A DNA stretch of 64,000 nt from the human T2T-CHM13v2.0 reference genome, Homo sapiens (GCF_009914755.1 NC_060936.1), one strand, 5' to 3'; shown: positions 1 to 15,275, counted from the stretch's first letter. The notes: generated by a model not told the origin, from the sequence alone. Numbers and translations: made by a program.

Positions 1-199
1 GAAGGAGTAATTAATATATTTCAATTTACAAGATTAGGGAAAAATATATGGCCACATTTATTTTAATATCCAATAATAATGACTTTAAGCCTCAATACTG
101 CTGATCCTAAGAGTTACATTCTCCTAGCTACTAGAGTCCCAAGTGGTTTCTGGAAATCTTGAAAAATGCTGACATGGTCTGTAAAATTATCCCTCTTTC

Positions 200-231
200 A
201 CACACAAACACACACACACACACACATACAC
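200..231 (+). repeat. (CA)n microsatellite
   Basis: Imperfect cacaca run. Confidence 0.85.
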
Positions 232-1860
232 GAGACAAGAAGCTCAAATGCACCCCTATGGTCTCCTTTGTCTTGCTGACCTCCAGAGGCCCACCCATTT
301 GTTTCTGTTTTCTACATTTAGCTGCTTCCATGAACTTTTTAGCACTAAACCTCATTTTAGAATTGTAAATGAAGTCCAATTTTCTCCAACATCTGAACCA
401 CAGTGGTTCCTAGGGTACAGGGGATGTTCCACTTCTCCACAATGTTATACTCAATCAAAGATCAAAGAAAAATAAGCCCTAGACTCCAGAAGTCCCAGCT
501 CTTCATGATCAACTCATCTGAGTTACAAGCACGTAGACATTTTCCCCAAGGTGTGCCCACATTGCCAGAGTATCTAGGTATGAAAGAGACACAGCATCAG
601 CTTCATGCTGAACCCAGTACTGGGCCCTCCATGTGGTAAGTCAGGTAACTTCGGCACTGGGCTTAATCCTCCTTCAATCCCAGGTCTTTAATATCTAGAC
701 ATCCTCATTCCTTGTGAACACTGAGGTCTGCCACAAGGAGGATGAAGTGAGATGGGCAATCTTGGTCTCATTCCCTGGCTGGATGCTTGTTGAATTCAGA
801 GACCAGAACAAGAAAGAGTCCATGGGAAAATCTAACCTTTTTATCTAGTAGTTTGAGGTAAAATTTGAAATTAGAGAAACGGGCCTGCTTCTTGTCTGAA
901 AAATTCTGAAAATAGGAGGCTAGCTTATGTGACCAAGAACAGCAGACAAAGGAGAAAGGTCATCAAATAGTCAAGGAGCAATTCTATCATTTCAGGGGTC
1001 AAGGACATATGAACCAAGTGGCATCATAAAAGATAGTGGCCTAAGACATTCAGGCAATAGGAGAAAAAAAAAAGCTGTTTCTTAATTGAACTTAACAGTT
1101 TGCACCCATGAATTAATGGGCTGAACATTAGGTTCTATGAATATTGGTCTTTTAGACATTTTAGTTCTGTAGTATAAGGCAGCAGAAAACTATTTACAGA
1201 CACCACTTCTAGTTAAAAAAAAGGCTCTTTATAACATGGTAGGCTGAGATCTAAGGATTTCTGCAACTTGGTAGGCAGCAAGTAAGTAGCTATAAAATCA
1301 TTGTGAATACCTAGCATGGGGCTAGGATTAGGCAGGGACTGATAAATTCCAAATATACAGGAAATTAATGGCCCATATAATGAATAGAATAGTCTCAGAA
1401 GTACCGATTAGAGGATAGGATTATCAGGATTGAAGATATTGTCTTACTTAATATTCCCCTCTTCCATCATAAAAATATCCATTGGTATGACATAGGAAAT
1501 CCAGGTCTTTAAAAACTTTATCTCACTTAATTTATTGACTGTCTTGAGCCATAAGATTTTCATAAGGGTTACCCAGAATTAGTCCTCCTTCAGTCTCCAC
1601 CTGAGGTGTGATACACAGCCTCCTGTCAACACTACCAGCTCCAGGTTATCTCTCTGTTGACTTTGTCATGCTGGTAGTCATCTTGGACAATTAATGTTTC
1701 TTCTAATCCTCTTTCTTTCTGCCTGGTTTACTAGATTAACAAGATCGCTTTTGGCCTCTGAATTTCTTTTTGCCCTCTTTCCTCTACCCACTTCCCCAAC
1801 ACAAGGTTTTTGAAAACAAACAGACTTCCACTTCAGCAGGAAATCAAAGACTTCACATGC

Positions 1861-2247
1861 TGATACAGTTAGGCTTTGTGTCCCTACCCAGATCTCATCT
1901 TGAATTGCAATCCCCATAATCTCCATAATCCCCATCTGTCAAGGGATTACCAGGTGGAGGTAACTGAATCATGGGGACAGTTTCCTCCATGCCATTCTCA
2001 TGATAGTGAGTAAGTTCTCATAAGATCTGATGGTTTTATAAGGGGCTCTTCCCCCTTCACTCAAAACTTCTTCTTCCTGCTGCCTTGTGAAAAGAGTGCC
2101 TTGCTTCCCCTTCACCTTCTGCCATGATTGTAAGTTTCCTGAGGCCTCCCCAGCAATGCTGAACTGTGAGTCAATTAAACCTCTTTTCTTTATAAATTAC
2201 CCAGTCTCAGGTATTTTCTTATAGCAATGTGAGAATGGACTAATACA
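1861..2247 (+). mobile_element. MaLR solo LTR (THE1/MST family)
   Basis: TGATACAGTTAGGCTTTGTGTCCC...CTCATCTTGAATTG...GGACTAATACA termini; TSD-like catgc/catgt. Confidence 0.88.
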
Positions 2248-2651
2248 CATGTGAAAGTACATTCTGAAAGTACAAACCATGGTGAAAGTCAATTTTCAGT
2301 ACCATTCTTAAGAGGAGCTTAGCTCAAAGTCCTATTCCTCTGTATTATTTGCTAGCTAAATAGATATTGGCAATACCTAATTATGTTCATCCTCAGGGCT
2401 AAAAATGAGGAGAAGGGGAGTGAGAGCCACTGAACTATTTAACTGCACTTTGAAGACTGGTTTTAACTAAACTAAGTAGAGGACGATGTTTACAATTTTT
2501 TAACCAAAAGTGGGAAAGAAAACTAATACTTATCTCTTTGTTTTTGTAATCATTCTATATGATAGATATTATCTCATTTTATGACTTATAAACTGAGGCT
2601 TAAAGATTAAGTAACTTGCCCAAGCAATTAAGTTAAAAAATAAGGGCATCT

Positions 2652-2918
2652 GGCCAGGCGCAGGGGCTCACGCCTGTAATCCCAGCACCTTGGGAGGCCG
2701 AGGGAGGCAGATCACGAGGTCAGGAAATCGAGACCATCCTGGCTAACACAGTGAAACCCCGTCTCTACTAAAAATACAAAAAATTAGCCGGGCGTGGTGG
2801 TGGGCGCCTGTGGGAGGCTAAGGCAGAAAAATGGAGTGAACCCAGGAGGCGGAGCTTGCAGTGAGCCGAGATCACGCCACTGCTCTCCAGCCTGGGTGAC
2901 AGAGTGAGACTCTGTCTC

Positions 2919-2957
<39 letters not shown>
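2652..2957 (+). mobile_element. Alu (Y/Sc-like) with small internal deletion and (TAAA)n tail
   Basis: GGCCAGGCGC...TGTAATCCCAGC dimer; lacks 'agtcccagctactc' near 2812. Confidence 0.92.
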
Positions 2958-4034
2958 AGGCATCCAGATTTACAAATAGATTATTTTCCCTCAAGAGCAT
3001 CAACAAGAATTCTTATTTTCTAGTTCCCAGTTCATTGTTTTTTCATTTGACATATTGTTGTGATTTAATTATTTCCAGAAAGCTTAAGTTTAAACTCTGA
3101 AATTCCTCCATCCAAACTCTCTATAGATTCCTTTACAAATTTTTTGCCCACTTTTAATATGATATAGGATTATTTCCTTCATTCAACATCGTCAAAATGT
3201 TGCTTGAAAAGTTAAGACAGAGCTTCAAATTCCTTATGCGCTTTGGCCACCCAGCGTCAAAACAGGGCAACTGCAGGCAGATGCTAACATTTTTAGACAA
3301 GCATCGCAGTACATGTTGTCTGTTTTATAGCAACAAAAATAAATCATGCCAGAGGTTCCGGAGTCTTTGAATGGCAAAAAGCATGTAGATATTGAAGATG
3401 CTTCCACAACAGAGAGAAGTACATGAAAATGAGCAGCCAAATTTTTTAATGAAAGATTTTAGTAGTGAAAAGGATGTACCGATTCCAAAATGCTAGAAAC
3501 AATCGAAAGGAGTAAAAAATAATAAGAATAGAGAAAATGAGATAGAACATAATCGTATGTGAGGAAGCAGCCAAAAATAAGAGAACGTATATTGTCTTTT
3601 CACACTTTTCTTTAAGGTAGAAGTTAATTAGACAGGGTAATGACACACACATACACCCCCCGGCCCCCAAAAAAACGGTGAAATTGCTAATATTGTGTTA
3701 TTCAGAGAAATATCTAGCTGGAAAACTGAAAGGAAACCTATAGAAGTCAAGTTCTACCAAGCTGTAGTGACAAATTCAAGTGAGCAATATCAGCAAGAGA
3801 TCTTTAGGACTAGTGTTAGAACACTGTCATCTGAGTGGATTTACTACACATTTAATTGTACATAGATAGCACCTGCCCTTTGTCGAGCACAATCTAATAA
3901 AATAAAAATGATGATACCACCAAAGAGAGAAGTTATTAGCTCATTAATCCAATTACATGAATGACAAAGAGGAGTGAATTTCAGAGATGGGTATAGAGTA
4001 TGTGCTTACTTAAAATTTAAAAAGCAGAAAAATG

Positions 4035-4408
<374 letters not shown>

Positions 4409-6098
4409 TCAGGGGTTGGGCTTAGGCTCCCTGAGTCAACCGCTATTGTGAAATCCTATCTTTTTAGGGTGTCTGCCCAAGCACAGTGCATGAATGTATA
4501 AGACTATAGATATAGATTAGACCAGTGGCTCTCAACATTTTTATCAGGTTCCATATATGGGATAGGAAGCACTCTCATATATGTACTTGAGTTATTCAAA
4601 ATTCCTGACTCCTTTCCTGAAAGTTCTTTCTCTTCCACTGAAAAAAGCATGGTTAATGCAAGTCAGTAAAAAGAACAATTATAGTAACTATTCTACTTTA
4701 CATTTCAAAGTAAATACATCCCAAAAGTCAATACTCTGTCAGTAGTAACTTTATTATTAGTGACCCACTTCACAACAAATTATCAACTAGTATGAAACCT
4801 GTAGTCAAGCAATAAATATTGTTAAAGGTAATAATTTAATTATCCTTTGTGATTCAAGATATACAGCAAATCAGGGAAAAGCAGGTAGAAAGAAATTTGG
4901 TGTATAGTCACCATTAGCTAACAGAATTGGAGAGGAAGTTTCAAATAGTACTCAGCTTTCCTTTATTTCCAAAAGTTTGTATTCAAAATATCCCAGACCC
5001 AAAACCTTCCTGTCATTTTAATGATATTCAGCAATGGAAATTCAACAACCTCTCCAAGAATCCACCTATAAAGAGGTGTTTCATTGAGCCCTGTATTTCA
5101 CACATAAGCCTACTTCTTCAGGTTTTGCCCTTTAAGGGGTTTGGATAAGCACATTTTCATCTCTTTATGATCATGATTCATATTCCCCAGGGATACCCTC
5201 TAGGAATAACTCCTTTCTGCCCCCATTAGACACTTTTCGAGCTTGCAAACTATTATAGCTGAGCCTACCAAAGTCGTCTGACATCCATGAAGGAAAAGTC
5301 CCTCTTCTCCTCTGTCTGCTGAATAACGATTCTCTAAATATGTGTCCTCTTTTCTTGGTAGATAGAATTGCTTTCCTTTGAAAACCTGTTACAATAGTTG
5401 AGATTCTCATATGCTCTGCCGAAAAAAGGTACTAATAAAAGCGAAACATTTGAAAAATCCTCTTTTTTATTCATTTGGCATTCTAAATTATCAAAGGTGT
5501 AAGCCATTTCTCAAGAGAAATAAATAAATTATAACTGTACTGATACAACAGATTTCTTAATGATTGCATTAATGAGAGCAAAAAATACACCTAACCACAT
5601 GAATCCAAAAGATATAAATGTTAAGGTAAAAATTATTAACAGAAGATTAAAACTTTTAATATTAGAGTGCTTAAAGATGCCTGAAAATAAGCCTAAATAT
5701 ATTATTGCTATCTGAAGTCTTTGCTTCATATGCTAGTTCTAAAAAAAGTGCAATTATGAAATTATATAAAATAGAGGCCGCAAATTTTGGCCCATCTCTG
5801 AATCAATTCATACCCGGGAGCCACTATAAATGCCTGTCTTTTCTTTTGGATTTACACCAGGCAGCTGCTCATATACCCCACCACGGTTCATTCCCTTCTT
5901 ACTTGGGTAAGGGTCACAGTTAGAGAAGTAGTAAGAAGGATGAATGGAATAGTGTTAAAGCCATGCTTCAGAATTCAGGTAAAAACAAAATCCCTAGGTG
6001 TACTCTGTTTATGGATAAGCTGCCTAGTTTTCAAGATGATTACCTGAACCATTTAGGTAAGTTCAATTTGTTAAATAATTATTAAAAGTATAAGTTGC

Positions 6099-6437
<339 letters not shown>

Positions 6438-6898
6438 TTAATACACATGGTCTTGTCTTTCAGAATTTACAATCCAAGTTAAATAATAAATACTTATCAT
6501 CCACTGAAATTCATTAAACTCAATTATTCTTCTTTACTCCAAGAGTAGGTAGCCTCAACTTGTGAATAAGATACCTTTCAAGATTTTTATATATTGTTTT
6601 GAACTCAGAATGTCCCCATCCTATAGAAACTCATTAAGATGGAAACTAGGTTCCTAGACCTGTGTACAAACAAACAAAAAACTATTAAACACAGAGATAT
6701 CGAATCAAGTTCCCAGTTTGCATCATTACCAGTATGTAAACACTATTTGGACTCTTAGCCTTTTGGGGAACTAAGAACCTAATGAAAGCATGTACTTCTA
6801 AAATTTCACAAACCATTAAGATGCACCAGGTTAAGAAGGGTTGATTTAGCCCCTTGTTTATTTAGGAATTTAACTGCCAATGTGAGAAATAATCCCCC

Positions 6899-7602
6899 TT
6901 ATAAGAGGCTGACTTATGGCCCCTAACCCCAATATGGTTTGGCTGTATGCCCACCCAAATCTCATCTTGAATTCCCATGTGTTGTGGGAGGTAATTGAAT
7001 TACGGGGGCAGTTCTTTCCTGTGCTGTTTTCATGATAGGGAATAAGTCTCACGAGATCTGATGGTTTTCAAAATGGGAGTTCCCCTGCACAAGCTCGCTC
7101 TCTCTTTGCCTGCCACCACCCATTTAAGATGTGACTTGCTCCTCCTTCCTTCTGCCATGATTGTGAGGCCTCCCCAGCCATGTGGAACTGTAAGTCCATT
7201 AAACCATTTTTTCTTCCCAGTCTTGGGTATGTCTTTACCAGCAGCATGAAAATGAATTAATACACCCCCAAAAATTTATATGTTGAAGTCCTAACTCCTA
7301 CTATCTCAGAATGTAACTGTATTTGGAGATAAGATCTTTTTTAAAGTAATTAAATTAAAATGAGGTCTTTAGGGTGGGACTTAATCGAATATGACTGGTG
7401 CCCTTGTGCCCGTGGACACAGACATGCACACACACAGCAATATCATAGAAAGATAGCCAAATAAAAAGGCCTTGGAAAAAATGAACCTGCTGACCCCTTG
7501 CTCTGAGAAATCTAGTCTCCAGAACTGTGAGAAAGTGAATTTCTGTTGTTTAAGACATCAGTCTATGGTACTTTGTTATGGCATCCCTCACAAACTAACA
7601 CA
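6899..7602 (+). mobile_element. MLT1 (MaLR) LTR interrupted by THE1
   Basis: ccccaaaaatttatatgttgaagtcctaac...ctccagaactgtgaga...aaactaacaca. Confidence 0.8.
6930..7264 (+). mobile_element. THE1 solo LTR nested in an MLT1 LTR
   Basis: ATATGGTTTGGCTGT...CCCACCCAAATCTCATCTTGAATT...AATTAATACA. Confidence 0.88.
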
Positions 7603-8285
7603 CACACCCATTATCCCCACCTTCTAATATAATATGCCTCAAAGCAGTGATAAGAAGGGATACCACTCTAGAGATACTATCTTTAAAGGCTCCATTTATT
7701 TTGATAACCATTTCTACTTACATCCCTGCACCAATTCTGAGACCCACTCTCCTGACTCAAAGGGGCCAGACTAGAGAGAAAAGGAAGTTGTGCAACTCTC
7801 ACCTAAGAGAGAGTACTAAGAAGTGAAATCATTACTTTTGCACAAGCTATCTCTGTATATCCTCATAAGAGACCAAAACTTTCCAAGACAATCATACCTC
7901 CAGGTTTTGGAATTGAAGAACAAAAGTCAATGTCTACTTGTTCACATTTTGGGTTATTGGTAAGTCAATTTTTCACAAATTGTTTATTAATTGAATGCAG
8001 ATGTGCAGTCACCAAAAGCAGCCCTGTGTGTCTTATCTCTAAATCATTTGAGTTTTCCCTTCTCAGTAGTTGCTCCAACAGTAGGAATAACCTGAAATGG
8101 GAAAAGGCAAGGTAATAGGATACAAGAATAACAAATTTTCCAGAACATCTCATAGCCTGGGGAAGTACTGACATTTTCACCAAGCTCTTGCTATTCAACT
8201 CTGCTTTTTAGACACAAAAAATTAAATAAGTACAATCTTACTCAGGGAAAATTTACTGCAGCCACAGTCTCTGCTGGAAAAAAGA

Positions 8286-8527
8286 AAGAACTTGTCTTTC
8301 AAAAAAAAAAAAAAAAGGGGCGGAAGAACTTGTTTCTCTTGCTTAAGAGAAACAACTCGTTTATCAAAAAAAAAAAAAAACAAGAGGAAGAACTTGTTTT
8401 TCTTGCTTAAGAGGAAGAACTTGTTTCTCTTGCTTAAGAGAAACAACTTGTTTCTCTTGCTTAAGAGAAACAACTTGTTTCTCTTGCTTAAGAGAAACAA
8501 CTTGTTTCTCAAAAAAAAAAAAAAAAA
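8286..8527. repeat. 27-bp palindromic tandem repeat with three poly(A) tracts
   Basis: Unit CTTGTTTCTCTTGCTTAAGAGAAACAA: three perfect tandem copies at 8420-8500, one at 8329-8355, plus degenerate and partial copies. Confidence 0.95.
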
Positions 8528-8799
8528 GAGATATGACACTTGCAAGTTACATTTTGTGTGACCTAAACTCCCTGAATCTTGGTTTCTTATTTGTAGACAG
8601 AGAGCTCTTATATAATAGCAGCTACTCTAATGATAATGGTTGTCATGAGCATCAAATGAAATTTTATAAGAATTGCTATTTGTAAAGACCAGTGGGTTTT
8701 GCCCATCAAAAGATGGGGTTTCTAGAGACCCTGTATCACCATGGCAAGTGAATAAAGTAACAGTTTCCTCAATCCTTCCCCAAGGGGACAGTACCAAAA

Positions 8800-10290
8800 G
8801 CCATTTTCTCAACTAAGAAAATACCCAAATGTTTCAAGGACTTTTGGACACAGAGTCTGAGTTGACACTAAAGCATCATTACATTCCTCTGTTAGAGAAC
8901 CAGCATATGGGGGTAAAGTAACAAATGGAGTCTGGCCAAGTGCTATCCAATTGCGGGTCCACACACCTATCCAGTAGTCACTACTGCCATTGCTAATTGA
9001 ATAACAATAGTGGACATGCTTGGTAATTAGCAGAACCCCCATGTTGGTACCTTAGACTGTGGAATAAGACCCATATAGTAGAGAAAGGTAATTTTAAACT
9101 CTGAAACTGCTCCTTCCCAAGACAGTAAATTTTAACAAACAGCATTTCATCTGTTTGTTAGTGTGGGTATTGGGGAAGTGGTGGCAGAGATTAATGACAC
9201 CTTTAAAAACCTACATAATATTTGGTTGCTGATTTTCATCCTATTCCCTTTCAACTGACCAGCAAGGACCCTACAAAAAACAGACATATCTTGGAGAATG
9301 ACAGTAAAGTAAGGCAAACTCGATCAGAAAAGTAGTTCCAACTATAGATGTTGTCCCAGATGTGGCTTCTTTGCTAGAGCAGATTACCACAAATTCTTAA
9401 TACACAGTATACTATTGTTGATCTGAAAAACGCTTTATTTTCCAATCTTATTGGAAAGATCAGAAATGGTTTGAATTCACTTGAAACAGATAGGTGTATA
9501 TGTTTACAGTCTTACCCAAAGCTAGGTTAATTCTTTTGCCCTCTGACATAATGTATTTCAAAGATGCCCGAACTGGTCATTTGTCAAAACATAGCATTGG
9601 TTCACTATTTCAGTGGTACCATATTAATTGGACTAGACAAGCAAGAAGTTAGCATATACATTACGGTATACCATATGCATTCCAGAGTGCGGGAGCTAAA
9701 CCCTATAAGGGTTCAGGGAAATGCCATGTAGGTAGTATATGGGAGTCCAGTGATCTGGTACAAGCTGCGACATCCTCTCTAAATGAAACAAATTATTGTA
9801 TCTTATATGTCTCTCCGCAAAAAGGGAAGCACCATGCCTGGTATTCTGGTATTCCTCTTTGGCTAACATGTTTAACATATTACATATTGGCAAATACTGC
9901 TTTTACCCACCCTCTAGATAGCATGAAAGGCTACAAGCTTTGAGTGGGGTCCAAAGCAGCAGACAGCCCTGCAGCAGGTACAGGGAGTACTTGGGCCATA
10001 TGATCCAGCAGACCTTTCAGTATGAAAAGCATCAGTAATAGGAAAAGATAATATGTGGAGTTTATGGCAAGGCCCTAAAGTAAAACCACAATGTAAATAC
10101 CTAGGATTCTGGATCAAACCACTCCATCTGAAGTAAGGAGTTACACACCATTTTTTAAAATAAAAGCTCTCTGCAGTGCAACTGGGCCCTGGTAGACAGA
10201 GAGAAAAGACAAAGAGTCTAATTACAGAAGATCAAGTGATTAATGGACTAAAACTGTCTGTTATGAGGTAGGTTCTCCCAGAGCTGCCCA
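8800..10290 (+). mobile_element. Degraded ERVL-class internal region (protease-RT remnant)
   Basis: Interrupted motifs GLLDTESELTL (protease, ~8838), WRMTV, DLKNALFS and FTVLP, typical of ERVL pol; many stops and frameshifts. Confidence 0.75.
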
Positions 10291-10299
10291 AGTCAGCTG

Positions 10300-10615
10300 A
10301 AGAAAGCCTCTTGCCCAAGATCAAGTCCCTTTCCAGAGGGAAGCTCATTTTCAGTGACTGATCCAGATGTAAAGTTATAAGGCCCAGCCCTTCCTTCAAA
10401 GTAGGCCAACTCTGAAGGGCCATACCTGTTCCAGAGCTTCCCTCGAGGTGGCTGAAGCCATTATCACAATTGCATCACAGCTCAGCTCTCCCATGAATAT
10501 TCTTACTTCCTCTGCTCTCTCACAGATATCGATCCCAAGGACATTCTTCAGTAAACTTCTTTCAGACAAATTTGCATCTTAGAATCTTTTTTCCCAAGCA
10601 AACATACCTGAGATG
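10300..10615 (+). mobile_element. ERVL LTR remnant (LTR16-like)
   Basis: ggccaactctgaagggccat...ccagagcttccc...gatcccaagg...agtaaac resembles the LTR16 3' half. Confidence 0.55.
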
Positions 10616-10705
10616 GGTACTTACCAAAATGCTATTGAGTTGAGTAAGTGAAAATGAGCCAGGAGAAAAAAGTTTTACTTCTGAACTTTTCAAAACTAAT
10701 GCTGA

Positions 10706-11063
<358 letters not shown>

Positions 11064-11899
11064 TAATTTGTAAAGAAAAAACAGTGGAAGAAAGGAAATG
11101 AGGGAAGGAAAGGAAAAGAGTCTCTCCTACCCGTGTCTGATGAACACATCCCCTATTACTTGAAATGCTAGTATGTGATCAGTTGGGTAGGCTCACATCC
11201 CTAGTTATCAAAGTGAGGGATAATGTTAGCCTGGAGAACTACCACAATTTGCTATTCAGCAAAGAAAAAGCTAAATATCCTAACCCAACCCGTACTGTGT
11301 TTGCCTCCTGTGAAAATTCTGAATTTCATTCACTCATTTAATAAATATTTATTTAGCACCTACAATATGTCAAGCACAGCTCTATATTTTATAATATAGT
11401 ACTACTATCTTTACGATCTTTATAGCTTTAAATCTATGAATGAAATAGATGTTTCAGATATTCTTGGATATAATATTATACATAGCCATTTATTTTCTTT
11501 CTCTTTTTTTTTGTTGCTTTCTCATTGCAAGTCACAAAGTCAATAAATCAGTGATAATCAGAGTAGATATCTAAAGGACATTTAAATTGGAATAGTTTTC
11601 TATTTACCAAAGATATTCTGAAGGACATTTTTCAGGCTGTTACACATTTACATAGGAGATTCAATAATATCATACTTGCAAAGTAGCTAGACATTATGAC
11701 ATTTTGGATTTGAGATGATAGAATTAAAATGACAATATAAGAAAACTGTAATTTACACATAATTAGAAAAGATGAGGACAAAATAGCATTTTAATTACTG
11801 ACAATGAATAACATACCAGGGAGAATATAGCAAAAGAAAATTTAGTGGGAAAACATTTTTGAAAACACACAAAACAACTTAAGTTTCTCACAGTAAGAT

Positions 11900-13525
11900 T
11901 ATATCTCTGCAAATTGATGAATAAAAATATGCTCCAGCTTTGAAAAAAAAAACTTAGGTTAACATAAAAGAATTCAAAAACAAAACTAAGAGAAATTCAT
12001 CTGTGAAATTACTTAAAGTGTAGAGATGAAAAATTAGCTTCGGTTAAAACTGTAAATGAAATCATAGGTCACAATTTTATTAGTCTTTAATAGAAAACTT
12101 GAAGAAGTTGCTAACACAAGTGCTTTTGGAAATGCAAAGCATTGGCAGATACAGGAGAAGGTTAGAGAATATTTACACACAGCAACCCCAGAATTTAAAT
12201 TAAATCTACAGTTAGTCTAAATCACATAAACCTGAATTTTTGTATACCAAGGATGAAGTTATTCGATAATAATCAAAAGTTAATTTTAATAGAAAATTCC
12301 AAGTCTTGTTGAATTGAACCTTTGAAATTGGGTGTTTGTTATAAAAGAAACTTATTTTCTAAAGAAAAGTTTGTTCACTTAAAGTTGTAAGCACTATTTG
12401 TCATAAGGGGTTGAATTTGCTCACCAAATTTACAATTAAATCACTGACTATATAACCTAACTGCTTTTAATATAAATCACTCACCCAGTACATGAAAACT
12501 GTGCCTCCTTCTATTAAGTTATAACTATATCTGCAAGTGTTCCTCTTTCAATAGGTTGTTAAAGTAAAGAAATGATTCTAACACATTACCTTTAAAACAC
12601 AACACAAAATCTCATTCTTTTGCAGAAAATACTCAACAAGCTAAGCTGTAGATATGAACTATTTTTAAACCCAGTGATCAGCAGATCAAAGAGAATATAA
12701 GATGAAAACTGAAAATACCTAGTACATTTTGGGAAGTGGAAAAATCTAGAAGAAAGTTATGGAGCATTTTTAAACAACTAAATTATTGAAATGTTACCAA
12801 AAATAAAACAACTGCTCAGATGCAATTGTTTTATTTAATAAAGGCAAAACCTCACTAGAGGCAGAAACAAGCCACCAAATAAAAAAAACCTAATGAAGTT
12901 AGAACTAGAACAAAGTAAAAGTCAAATGAAAGAAATGGAAACAATAAACTCAAAGGAAAAATCATTTTAAAAACTAATCATTACTTTTAAAAAATTACAA
13001 AATTACACCCACTTACTAAAAAGGAAAAAACTACAAATTAATAAAATGAGAAATAAAATATAAAAAACAAGACAAAAAATTTTTAAAAATATCTAAAACA
13101 ATAATGAGATACCACTACACACCTGTAAGAATGGTCAAAATCAAAACATTACAACCCCAAATCCTGGTGAGGATATAGAGCAACAGGAACTGTCACTCAC
13201 TGCTGGTAGTAATGCAAAATAGTACAGCCATTTTGGGAGACAGTTTTGCAGTTTCTTACAAAATTAATTGCGGATGCATGTCATCATATATTTGTCAAAA
13301 CCCACAAAATATATAACATCAAGGGTGGATCCTAATAATAACTGTGGACATTGAGTGATAATGACGCATCAATGTAAGTTCATTGACTGTAACAAATGTA
13401 CCACTCTGGTGGGAGATGTTGATAGTGGGGGAAGAGTATGCGTGTGTGTACGCAGTGGCATATGGGATCTCTCTGTACTTTCCACTCAACCTTGCTATTA
13501 ATCTAAAACTGCTAAAAAAAAATAG
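11900..13525 (+). mobile_element. Old L1 fragments ending in an L1MC-like 3' end
   Basis: A-rich degenerate sequence; aatgagataccactacacacc...gtggggga...tctaaaactgct with an A tail. Left boundary uncertain. Confidence 0.6.
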
Positions 13526-13585
13526 TCTATTTAGAGAGAAAGAAAAGAACAAAGGAAGGAAGAGCGAAAAGAAAGAAGGGAAGGG

Positions 13586-13899
<314 letters not shown>

Positions 13900-14045
13900 G
13901 GGAAGGGAAGGGAAAGGAAGGGAAAGGTAAGGAAGGGGAGGGGAGGGGAGAAGGAAGGAGGGAAGGAAGGAAGGGGGGAAGGAGGGAAGGAAGGAAGGGG
14001 GGAAGGAAGGAAGGAAGGAAGGAAGGAAGGAAGGAAGGAAGGAAG
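13900..14045 (+). repeat. Polypurine (GGAA)n/(GGGAA)n tract
   Basis: Includes 11 consecutive GGAA units at 14001-14044. Confidence 0.95.
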
Positions 14046-15275
14046 TTTGAAAGAAAAGAAACAAAAATATTCACCAAAATACCCATCTCCAAATAGCTAG
14101 ATGTACAGATCATTTTTGTATTCTTTGATATTCATTGTTCAAAAACATTGAAAATATTAGACCAACCAACTGATTTAGTAGGCATCTAGGTTGGTAACAG
14201 ATACTAAGACTTATTACTGGGCTATGATAACTAAGACTATTAGTTCAGGGAAACTAATAGTCTAAGTGCTATTAGTTCAGGGAAAAACAAATAGATCAAT
14301 GACTCAGGATAGATAACTCAGAAAGATCTATTCATATATGAATACTTAATATATGACAGCAGTGGCACAAAAGATTGGTGGTTTTTAGCAAATGGGTGTG
14401 GGATAATTGGGAAAAATAAAATTGGACCCTAACCTCTCATTGATTCATGAGAATCAATTCCAGGAGGATCAGAGAAGTAAATATAAAGACAAAAATGATA
14501 AAGATTTTAGAAAATAGAATTGGAGGATATTTTTATGACCCTAGAGAAGGAAATCATTTTTAAATAAGATGCAAAAAGCTCTGACCATCAAGTTAAGATT
14601 GAAAAAATCTAGTACATTAAGGTAAAGAATTTATGTTCACCAAATAACAACATAAAAGGGTGATAAGAGAAAGCTTAAAGAGGGGAGAATATATTTTTAA
14701 CACGCAACTACAAAGTGCTAGTATTCAAACTCTTAGAAATCAGTAAGTTGGAGAAAAGAAATTGCCACAGTAGAGATTTCTAAACCATGTAAAGCAAAGA
14801 GTCTAAGAAGATGGGAGTGGACCTGAAAAAAAGTAAGATTAAAACAAGCAATGTTTATTTTAGGAAGTCGGTCTGTTTCTGTGATAGAGGGGTGAAGAGA
14901 GACATTGCATTGTAAGAACCCTCACAGATGCCTACCTGTGCCTATATGCCTACAGAGAAGCAAAGGTATAATAAACACACACACACACACATCTGGAGTC
15001 ATAGGGAAATTTCACCTCACTTCAACACAGCCCTGGCTCATTCTCAGTATAAGCCACCTACATGTACCTTGTCCAGGAAAAACTTACCTCCCTCAAAATG
15101 AGTAATCAAGAAAGAACCAGTGCAGGATCTAATCAAAGAAACCACCAGAGAAAATTAATAGGGAGAGCTTAATGATAGACTTTTTTAAAACTTTCTTCAA
15201 AAAATACTGCTGAAGTGTAAGTGAAAATGGTGGCCCACACATTTTACCATGAAATCAACATAAATATTCAAGGAT

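Noticed and set aside
3290-3620. Purine-rich stretch with a coding-like look
   Set aside because: No sustained ORF, clear splice signals or recognisable homology.
8222-8561. CRISPR-like appearance of the hairpin repeats, and the repetitive ORFs across them
   Set aside because: No unique spacers, no cas genes and a eukaryotic context; the ORFs are just translations of the tandem repeat.
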